From Planctomycetota bacterium (lineage in GTDB: Bacteria; Planctomycetota; UBA11346): 64,000 nucleotides of DNA. The position numbers were made by a program, and so were the translations under genes. Below the pieces are notes generated by a model. The model searched no databases and had not been told where the DNA came from. It saw only the letters and a program-made list of their open reading frames with translations. Shown one piece after another: positions 18,190 to 26,152 of the stretch (position 1 is the stretch's first letter; each line of letters begins with the position of its first letter). The DNA is taken from positions 6,581 through 70,580 of the forward strand of contig JANQLF010000116.1 of the NCBI GenBank assembly GCA_028280785.1, in the 5' to 3' direction.

Positions 18190-20616
18190 ATGAGTAAGTC
18201 GACACCGCTCACTGGACAAAACCAAAAACATATAGCATTCCGATCTAAATATGGATTAGTAGCTGGTTTAGCAGCGATAACAGCTGTGCCGGCAACAGCT
18301 GCTGTTGAAATAACTGTAGATACGAGCAGCGACGTGGTGAGCGCCACTGATGGTGTGACGAGTTTGCGTGAGGCCATTAATATGGCTAACAAGTCGCTGT
18401 CTTCTGATGTCATCATTAATCTGCCTGCAGGTGACTATGAATTAGAAGGTTCTGACAACGAGGATGGCAATGCCTCGGGTGACTTGGACGTACTGAGTCA
18501 TGGCAATAAGACCGTGACGATTCGTGGTGCCGGTAGATATGCGACCTATATAGATGGTAATTCATCAGATCGTATTTTTGATTTTGCTGCAGGCGGTAAC
18601 TACGTCATTGAGAAGTTAACCCTGTCTAGTGGTTATGTAGAAGGTTCAGACGGAAGCGATGGTAGCAGTAATTATCTCGATACCTCTGGCGGAGTTTCTA
18701 AATTATTATATGGCGAAGATGGTGGTGATGGTGGTGATGCCTATGGAGGCGCAATTCACCTCGCGGGTGGTAATTTAATTGTTCGCGACGTTGCTTTTAG
18801 TTCTTGCTATGCTGAAGGTGGAGACGCTGGTGATGGTTATGAAGCGCTGTCTTGGTTTCAAGTATATGGTGGTAATGGCGGTGACGGTGGTAACGCAGCA
18901 GGTGGGGCAATTTACGCTGACATCGGTTCAACAGGTTCAATTTATTTAAGTAATGTTTCATTTTATTCAAACTACGCCACTGGCGGTGTTGGTGGTGATG
19001 GTGGTTCTGCCTATTATGGTGTAGGTCAAGCAGAAGGCGGCGATGGTGGTGATGGTGGTATGGCAGTGGGCGGTTCACTCTATATAGAGGGTACTGGCGC
19101 AATTACAGTTAAACATATTTATGCTGAATCCGTTGGTGCCTATGGTAGTTCAGGTGGTGATGGAGAGACGGGCTATACCGCTGGATCAGTTGAAGGCGGT
19201 GATGGTGGCGATGGTGGATCGGCAATTGGTGGCTTTGCCTATATTGATCATAAGGGTAGTAGTGCCACAAATAATATAGCACTTTTTTCAGATGTGAATG
19301 TTTCCTCGGTATATGTTTATGGTGGTGATGGCGGTTCCGGTGGCTCAGCAGAAAATTTTGATTATACAGGCGAAGGCGGTAATGGTGGTGATGGTGGTAA
19401 CGTAGCCGGTGGTGCCATGTATGTTGATAATCCACAATTTTTCCACTTAGGTAATTCAAGCACAGGCGATTATACCAGCTTTAGTTATATATATGCCTAT
19501 GCAGGTGATGGTGGTTCCGGTGGTGATGCTAGTAATTTTTATGGAGCAGCATCTTTCTCAGGTGGTGGATCAGGCGGTGACGGCGGTGACGGTGGTGACG
19601 CATTTGGCGGAGCCATGTATATCAACAATGCCGATGGTTACGCCCAAATTACCAACCATTATTTCTATGTGAGCAATATTTCTGCAGGTGATGGTGGTTC
19701 CGGTGGTGATGCCTATGTATCAAATACAGGTACTAGTGGGGGAACCGGTGGTGATGGTGGTGACGGTGGATATGTAATCGGTGGTGCACTCTACATTGAA
19801 AACATGGATAAATACACCGAAACACATCTAGGGTCGGGGGTTTCAGCTAGCGTTTGGAGTGCAAGCTCTGGATCAGGTGGTAGCCCAGGTTCTGGTGGTT
19901 GGGGTTCTGGAACCACTGGCTCAAGTGGTTCGACAACCGGTGCTTATGCTACACATTATTTTGACAGTCCAGGGACAAGCACCTTTAGCTCTGCAAGTAT
20001 TGGTAATCAAGCTTGGAAAGAGCAGGGGACAACAGCAGCAGTAAGCCAAGTTTTTAATTTTGGTATTGATTTACCATTGAAGAATATCGAAGTCATGCTC
20101 TATGATTCTAACGGTAAAATTGTGGGAAGAACCAGGACGGATAATGGTGGTGAATACTACTTCTACACTGGCTATACTGGCGATGCTCAAATGAAATTTG
20201 AAGTTGGTAATCAAACTCCATTGGCTGAAGGTGCTGGTGCGAGTGCAAGCACTGACAGTGATAATGATATCGAAATCTCATCATCTGGATTAACAGAAAC
20301 ATTTACCATAAGTGGTAATGATTTGTCAATTGACGCAGGTTTTGCCGATGCAGCTCCAAAACCAGAGTCATTTGATTTAACGGTGCACGGAACGGTACCC
20401 AACGCGTATGATGCGTTAGACGTTTTAGTTAATGGGTCATTTATTGATACTTTAAATGGTGTCAATTCAGGTGGCACAGGTTTAAGATCATTTACAATTT
20501 CTGTAACGCTGCCACCAAATACAGAATATGTTGATATTCAGGCTCGTGACACCTCTGATGATAGTACGACAACTCGTCGTGTTTATGTCAGAGAAGTTCA
20601 ATCAGGAGGTAACTAA
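18190..20616 (+). CDS. Secreted glycine-rich repeat protein, paralog 1 (CSLREA-like N-cap, GGAIY beta-helix-like repeats with GGxGGx inserts, SdrD-B-like domain)
   Basis: Signal peptide ending PATA-A. DGVTSLREAI, GDLD, IDG...DRIF. Seven GGxGGxG-loop-GGxGGxGGxAxGGA(I/M/L)Y units. SIGNQAW...TRTDNGGEYYF...DSD...IDAG (SdrD B-like). Short C-terminal beta domain. Confidence 0.8.
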   Translation: MSKSTPLTGQNQKHIAFRSKYGLVAGLAAITAVPATAAVEITVDTSSDVVSATDGVTSLREAINMANKSLSSDVIINLPAGDYELEGSDNEDGNASGDLDVLSHGNKTVTIRGAGRYATYIDGNSSDRIFDFAAGGNYVIEKLTLSSGYVEGSDGSDGSSNYLDTSGGVSKLLYGEDGGDGGDAYGGAIHLAGGNLIVRDVAFSSCYAEGGDAGDGYEALSWFQVYGGNGGDGGNAAGGAIYADIGSTGSIYLSNVSFYSNYATGGVGGDGGSAYYGVGQAEGGDGGDGGMAVGGSLYIEGTGAITVKHIYAESVGAYGSSGGDGETGYTAGSVEGGDGGDGGSAIGGFAYIDHKGSSATNNIALFSDVNVSSVYVYGGDGGSGGSAENFDYTGEGGNGGDGGNVAGGAMYVDNPQFFHLGNSSTGDYTSFSYIYAYAGDGGSGGDASNFYGAASFSGGGSGGDGGDGGDAFGGAMYINNADGYAQITNHYFYVSNISAGDGGSGGDAYVSNTGTSGGTGGDGGDGGYVIGGALYIENMDKYTETHLGSGVSASVWSASSGSGGSPGSGGWGSGTTGSSGSTTGAYATHYFDSPGTSTFSSASIGNQAWKEQGTTAAVSQVFNFGIDLPLKNIEVMLYDSNGKIVGRTRTDNGGEYYFYTGYTGDAQMKFEVGNQTPLAEGAGASASTDSDNDIEISSSGLTETFTISGNDLSIDAGFADAAPKPESFDLTVHGTVPNAYDALDVLVNGSFIDTLNGVNSGGTGLRSFTISVTLPPNTEYVDIQARDTSDDSTTTRRVYVREVQSGGN

Positions 20617-20618
20617 GC

Positions 20619-21032
20619 ATGCATAAGCTTAAGACTATAACTTTTATTGCTGTAATTAGCCTTGCCTTGATTGGTTGTGGCGGTGGTGGCGGATCCTCAT
20701 CAGGAGGTGGTAGTGGTAGCTCATCTTCGTCTCCTACACCAGTTACTCCTAGTGTTATGACTATCACAGGCGTCGAGCTGATTGTGAATACAGATGAGGC
20801 AGTTACCGGTGTTGGTACTGGTTATGACAATGACGGGTCTACTTTATCGACCTTAGCAGATGAAGATTCGACTGTTGATACTGATACAGAAATTATCTGG
20901 GACGCTGATGGTACTGATTTACCAACCGACCCAGGCGGTGATTCGGGCGAAGAGCTCAACATGGACGTTGAATTAACAGATGGAGATAGCAATTCGACGA
21001 TCGTTGAAGTCATCGTAGCGACTGAGCTGTAA
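20619..21032 (+). CDS. Small acidic lipoprotein
   Basis: Lipobox LIGC after a hydrophobic h-region, Gly/Ser/Pro linker, Asp/Thr-rich beta domain. Starts 2 nt after the paralog 1 stop. Confidence 0.8.
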   Translation: MHKLKTITFIAVISLALIGCGGGGGSSSGGGSGSSSSSPTPVTPSVMTITGVELIVNTDEAVTGVGTGYDNDGSTLSTLADEDSTVDTDTEIIWDADGTDLPTDPGGDSGEELNMDVELTDGDSNSTIVEVIVATEL

Positions 21033-21054
21033 TCGAATATAGAAATTATATCAT

Positions 21055-21082
21055 AAAGCCCGGCTTTTTAGCTGGGCTTTTT
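21055..21082 (+). terminator. Rho-independent terminator
   Basis: aaagcccggct-tttt-agctgggcttt stem followed by a T run, downstream of the lipoprotein. Confidence 0.75.
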
Positions 21083-21157
21083 AATTGGCTTTTGTTATTT
21101 CAATAGAATTATACACCACAACGCTATTGCTCTTTAGATGCGAAACGAGGTATTGGT

Positions 21158-23569
21158 ATGACTCAAAAAACACCACTCACTGGCTGTAATCAAAAGCACT
21201 TGGATTTTAGAATAAGATATGGGCTTGTTGCAGGTCTTGCGGCCATTACGGCTGTACCAGCAACGGCAGCCGTCGAGATAAACGTTGATACTAGTAGTGA
21301 CGTAGTTAGTGCAACCGATGGTGTGACGAGTCTGCGAGAAGCAATAAATCAAGCGAACAAGGCACTTTCATCAGATGTTATCATTAATCTGCCGGCAGGT
21401 ACATATGAGTTGGAAGGTGCAGATCATGAGGATGGTAATGCTTCGGGTGACCTCGATGTTTTTAGTCACGGAAATAAAACCGTAACGATACGGGGTGCAG
21501 GCCGATTAGCGACAGTAATTGATGGTAATTCATCAGATCGCATATTCGACTTAGCCGCAGGTGGCAATTACGTTATTGAAAAAATGTTGCTCTATCGTGG
21601 TTACGTTGCAGGGTCATCTGGTTCAGATGGCACAAGTAATTACCTCGATACGTCAGGTGGAATTTCTAAATTATTATATGGCGAAGATGGTGGCGATGGT
21701 GGTGATGCGTATGGCGGGGCTATTCATTTAGCTGGCGGACATTTAAAGATTCATGACGTTTTCTTTTCCTCGTGTGCTGTAGAGGGAGGAGATGGGGGAT
21801 CAGGTGCAAGTGCTGTTTCCTGGTTTCAAGTTTATGCGGGCGATGGTGGTAATGGCGGTAATGCGGCTGGTGGCGCAATTTATGCAGATATTGGTTCAAC
21901 AGGTTCGATTAGTCTTAGCCAAGTTGATTTTACTAATATTTATGCTTATGCAGGGACTGGAGGCTCAGGTGGCTTTGCAAATGATGGTATAGGTTTTGCG
22001 CAAGCAGGTGATGGTGGTAACGGAGGTAACGCAATTGGTGGTGCGCTTTTTATTGAAGGTACTGGGCGAATTGCCGTGCAACATATTAATGCGCAAACCT
22101 GCGGTGCATATGGCGGCTTAGGTGGTCATGGGTCTTCGGCACTTTCCGCGGGCACGGTAGAAGGTGGTGATGGTGGTGATGGTGGTGATGCAATCGGAGG
22201 TTTTGCTTACGTTGACCATAAAGGCAGCATTGCTTCAAATCACACAGCGCTTTTTTCTGATTTTTTTATGAGTTCAGTCTATGCCTCAGCTGGCGATGGT
22301 GGTAATGCTGGTGATGGTGATCATTTTACAGTTGGTATGGGTGGTGATGGTGGTAACGGTGGTGAAGCAGCAGGTCCTTCTATTTATGTCGACAATGCTC
22401 AGTTTTTTCATTTAGGTAATTCTAGTGAGGTCGACTATACCAGTTTTAGCTATATGTATGCGTACGGTGGTGATGGAGGATTTGGTGGTGATGCTTCAGA
22501 ATCTTTAGTTGGCTCTGCATCAGGCTGGGGAGAAGGTGGTGATGGAGGATTTGGTGGTGATGCTTATGGAGGTATGTACATTGATAATACAAATGGTTAT
22601 GCCCAAGTTACTAATCATAAAATCTGGAGAAACTTTATTTATGGCGGCGTAGGCGGGGATGGTGGTAGCGCATTTGTAAATAATACATTTATTACCGTTG
22701 GCCAAGGTGGTAACGGTGGTGATGGTGGAACAATTTATGCTGCGGGTATGTATATAGAAAATATGGATAGGTATACAGAAGTTGATTTTGGCACTTCTGT
22801 AACTGGAAGTGTTTGGGGATTAAGTGCAGGTTTGGGTGGCGTGGCAGGTAGTGGTGGTTGGAATGTAGGATCCACCGGATCTACAGGAGCTACCTTTTCT
22901 GGTACGACGTATTGGTTTGGCAGCCCATCAACCCATATTTTTAGCTCTGCTAGTGTCGGTAATCAAGCATGGAAAGAACAGGGTACTACCGCAGCAGTTA
23001 GTCAGATTTACAATTCCGGTGTAGATTTACCAATGAAAAATATTGAAGTGGTTCTTTATGACGCTACAGGAAAAATTGTAGGGAAAACAAGAACTGATGA
23101 TAATGGTGAATATTATTTTTACACAGGGTACTCTGGATCTGCTCAAATAAAATTTGATGTAGAAAATCAAACACCACTAGGTGAAGGCGCAGGTGCGAGT
23201 GCAAACACAAATAATGACAATGATATTGAAATTACATCTTCAGGTTTAACAGAAATTTTCACCATTAGTGGTGATGACCTTACGATTGATGCCGGCTTTT
23301 CAGATGCGGCACCAAATGCGGAAAGTTTTGATTTAACTGTTCATGGTACGGTTCCAAATGCATATTCAGCAGTGTATATTCGTGTAAATGGTAGTGCATC
23401 TAGTTCTCTTGGTGGGGCGAATTCTGGCGGTGCTGGCTTAAGAAATTTTACAGTTTCGGCTACCATACCACCAGATCTAGGATTTGTAGATTTAGTTGCT
23501 GAAACGCCAGCAGATGTTTCCACGATTCGGCGTGTTTATGTTAGAGAAGTCGAGTCGGGAGGGAATTAG
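21158..23569 (+). CDS. Secreted glycine-rich repeat protein, paralog 2
   Basis: Colinear with 18190-20616 along its whole length: same leader, DGVTSLREAI, seven Gly units, SdrD-B-like domain and C-terminus RRVYVREVESGGN. Confidence 0.8.
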   Translation: MTQKTPLTGCNQKHLDFRIRYGLVAGLAAITAVPATAAVEINVDTSSDVVSATDGVTSLREAINQANKALSSDVIINLPAGTYELEGADHEDGNASGDLDVFSHGNKTVTIRGAGRLATVIDGNSSDRIFDLAAGGNYVIEKMLLYRGYVAGSSGSDGTSNYLDTSGGISKLLYGEDGGDGGDAYGGAIHLAGGHLKIHDVFFSSCAVEGGDGGSGASAVSWFQVYAGDGGNGGNAAGGAIYADIGSTGSISLSQVDFTNIYAYAGTGGSGGFANDGIGFAQAGDGGNGGNAIGGALFIEGTGRIAVQHINAQTCGAYGGLGGHGSSALSAGTVEGGDGGDGGDAIGGFAYVDHKGSIASNHTALFSDFFMSSVYASAGDGGNAGDGDHFTVGMGGDGGNGGEAAGPSIYVDNAQFFHLGNSSEVDYTSFSYMYAYGGDGGFGGDASESLVGSASGWGEGGDGGFGGDAYGGMYIDNTNGYAQVTNHKIWRNFIYGGVGGDGGSAFVNNTFITVGQGGNGGDGGTIYAAGMYIENMDRYTEVDFGTSVTGSVWGLSAGLGGVAGSGGWNVGSTGSTGATFSGTTYWFGSPSTHIFSSASVGNQAWKEQGTTAAVSQIYNSGVDLPMKNIEVVLYDATGKIVGKTRTDDNGEYYFYTGYSGSAQIKFDVENQTPLGEGAGASANTNNDNDIEITSSGLTEIFTISGDDLTIDAGFSDAAPNAESFDLTVHGTVPNAYSAVYIRVNGSASSSLGGANSGGAGLRNFTVSATIPPDLGFVDLVAETPADVSTIRRVYVREVESGGN

Positions 23570-23621
23570 ATATATACAAAAAAATTGTTGTCATTAATTC
23601 TAGCGTTGCGTATTCTAAATT

Positions 23622-25145
23622 TTGATTGGGAAATTATTGGCTCAAGATAATCAGATAAATAATATAGTAATAGTTGGTGGTGGGACCTCAGGTTGGATTA
23701 GCGCTGCGTTGTTATCGCAAGTTCTAGGTAAAAACCTTAATATTACCTTGGTGGAATCTGATCAGATAGCTACCATAGGTGTGGGTGAGGCTACTATCCC
23801 ACCATTAATGCGATTAAATAAAATTCTTGATCTTGATGAATCAAACTTTGTATCCAGTACACAAGGAAGTTTCAAGCTTGGAATTGATTTCGTGAACTGG
23901 AAGCGTATTGGTGAACGCTATATGCACACTTTTGGGAAAGTAGGTGTCGACTCAAAATTTTGTGATTTTCCAAGCTTATGGCGAAGAAGTTTGGCCGAGG
24001 GGAGGAGTAGTGATTTTTGGGATTATTCATTTCATTATCAAGTAGCCAGGCAGAACAAGTTTACGAAATTACCAAAAAATTTAAAAAGCATATTAGGTAA
24101 ATTGCCCTATGCATATCATTTCGATGCGTCTCTTTATGCCAAGCTTTTAAAGACTTATTCAGAGGATCGCGGTGTTAAACGCATAGAGGGAATAATTGAG
24201 GACGTCAATAAGACTAAAGAGGGTTTTATTTCCTCTGTGCGCCTGGAAAACAATCAAGAAATAAAAGGTGACTTTTTTATAGATTGTTCGGGGATTCGGT
24301 CGCTGTTGTTAGGGAAAGCTTTGAATGTTGAGTTCGAAGATTGGGGAGAGTGGTTGCCGTGTGACAGTGCCCTCGCAGTGCAAACTAAGAATATACATGC
24401 ACCACCGCCATATACGGTATCCACGGCATTGCCCTGTGGCTGGCAATGGCGCATTCCTTTGCAGCATCGTACTGGTAATGGTCTCGTATATAGCAGTTGT
24501 TATTGGGATGTTGAAGAGGCAACAAAAGTGCTCTTGGAAAATGTTGAAGGTGAGCCAATTAATGAACCGCGGCTTATAAAGTTTAGAACTGGTATGCGCA
24601 AGGAACAATGGAAAAACAATTGTGTAGGAATTGGTCTGGCTGGCGGTTTTATCGAGCCATTGGAATCAACAAGTATACACTTTATCCAGAGAGCTGTGTT
24701 GAAATTAATTAATAAATTTCCTCGCAATGGCATCAAACAAGCAGAAATAAATAGGTTTAATAGAGAACTCCACGACGAATACTATAATGTGCGTGATTTT
24801 ATAATATTGCATTATCATCTCAATGAGCGGGATGAAGAGTTTTGGGTTAAATGCCGAGAAATGGATATTCCGGAAACATTAAAGGAAAAAATTGACATTT
24901 TTCACGAATGCGGAAAAAATTTTGCTGACTCAGAAATGTTGTTTTCGCCTAGTAGCTGGTATCAGGTTATGGTGGGGCAGGGTTTAATGCCTAAAGATTA
25001 CCATCCATTTGCGGACACCTTTACCGAAGAGCAAATGGAAAATAGGCTATTGAGAATTAAGAGTGCTATTGAGTTGCAGGTTTCTAAAATGTCAAGCCAT
25101 GCCGAATTCATACAGAAATTTTGCCCTGCTAGGCCACCAGAATAA
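23622..25145 (+). CDS. Flavin-dependent halogenase, tryptophan halogenase family
   Basis: GGGTSG FAD motif, IGVGEATIP, catalytic-Lys motif SFKLGIDF, YAYHFDA, GWQWRIP (WxWxIP), FIEPLESTSI. TTG start. Confidence 0.92.
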   Translation: MIGKLLAQDNQINNIVIVGGGTSGWISAALLSQVLGKNLNITLVESDQIATIGVGEATIPPLMRLNKILDLDESNFVSSTQGSFKLGIDFVNWKRIGERYMHTFGKVGVDSKFCDFPSLWRRSLAEGRSSDFWDYSFHYQVARQNKFTKLPKNLKSILGKLPYAYHFDASLYAKLLKTYSEDRGVKRIEGIIEDVNKTKEGFISSVRLENNQEIKGDFFIDCSGIRSLLLGKALNVEFEDWGEWLPCDSALAVQTKNIHAPPPYTVSTALPCGWQWRIPLQHRTGNGLVYSSCYWDVEEATKVLLENVEGEPINEPRLIKFRTGMRKEQWKNNCVGIGLAGGFIEPLESTSIHFIQRAVLKLINKFPRNGIKQAEINRFNRELHDEYYNVRDFIILHYHLNERDEEFWVKCREMDIPETLKEKIDIFHECGKNFADSEMLFSPSSWYQVMVGQGLMPKDYHPFADTFTEEQMENRLLRIKSAIELQVSKMSSHAEFIQKFCPARPPE

Positions 25146-25190
25146 CTTTGTGTAGTTGAGAAGACTATACAGGGGGAGAGTTAAATTTAT

Positions 25191-26060
25191 CTAAGTTTTA
25201 TAATTCAGTTGTTCAATTAATAGCGAAGCGACTTCTTTAAATTCATTTATTAATTCAGTGGGGTCATTTTTAAATCCAACACCATATTTTGCCACCATTC
25301 CATAGAAATGTTTGCGATTGGCCTGGATAAAGCGCATATGACCAGCGCCTTCATTCACTTCTTGTTCAATAATTTTCAAATTTCCGTGTGCGTGAACAAT
25401 TTTGACTTTGTCTTTGACAATGTTTGGAACTCCATAACGCAGGTTGTATTCCGGCCATAGAGCCAAGATTCTGAGATTAGAATAGTAAAGACTCACGCGA
25501 AATGCGGCTTGATCCATTTGATAGTTTTTGACATTTACACCAAGTTTATGTAAACGTACCCACTCCGAAAAAAAGTGCCTTGTATCATCACTTCGTTTAT
25601 AGGACATCACCCCGCCATTATATTCAGTAAAGCACGCAGGAACTGGTGGGAAAACTTTGTCTAATCCAGACTCGATAACTTTTATGTGGATGCGCTGAGG
25701 CGCGGGCATCGCCGCAATGTCGAATTGATCAAGGCAATCAAATAACTCATCGATTCTATCGGTAATCAAAGTGTCGCCATCTAAATAAAGTATGCGGTCA
25801 AAGCGCATGGATGTTAAGGCTTTAAATTTGGGGCTACGCCAGTGTTCAAAGTCATTGTGAGCTTCTACCACATCAAAGAATTTGTTTAAGTCTGTTAGCT
25901 GGCTAGCCTTTTGGAAAGTTTCTTGATCAATATGTAGGTCAATTGGTAGCTCTGGCATGTGTTGTCTCGCTGAAACAGCTGAGACCAATGTCTCGAGTAA
26001 CCATGGTAATCCTGATGCACCATAAACTATTCCTCGATCTAAACTTTTCCCGTTAGTCAT
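25191..26060 (-). CDS. GT-A fold nucleotide-diphospho-sugar transferase (GT8-like)
   Basis: FDRILYLDGDT (DxD), EYNGGV, DQAAFR, EYN.R, IVHAH. Confidence 0.75.
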   Translation of the reverse strand: MTNGKSLDRGIVYGASGLPWLLETLVSAVSARQHMPELPIDLHIDQETFQKASQLTDLNKFFDVVEAHNDFEHWRSPKFKALTSMRFDRILYLDGDTLITDRIDELFDCLDQFDIAAMPAPQRIHIKVIESGLDKVFPPVPACFTEYNGGVMSYKRSDDTRHFFSEWVRLHKLGVNVKNYQMDQAAFRVSLYYSNLRILALWPEYNLRYGVPNIVKDKVKIVHAHGNLKIIEQEVNEGAGHMRFIQANRKHFYGMVAKYGVGFKNDPTELINEFKEVASLLIEQLNYKT

Positions 26061-26152
26061 GGATTTAAATGTTTCCTGTATGCTTAATTGAGACTACGAT
26101 ACAGTCTAGACATGGGTTAATGACCGCAAGCCTATCAAATGAATAATCGCTA

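Noticed and set aside
18797-19459. His-rich antisense ORFs (18797-19102, 19109-19459)
   Set aside because: Shadow frames of GGT/GAT codons on the opposite strand of the Gly-rich gene.
18628-22910. GGTGGTGAT-type nucleotide repeats as a CRISPR array, VNTR or DGR template/variable repeat pair
   Set aside because: They are codon-level consequences of GGD/GGN peptide repeats. There are no constant repeat-spacer units, no cas or reverse transcriptase gene, and paralog differences are not adenine-specific.
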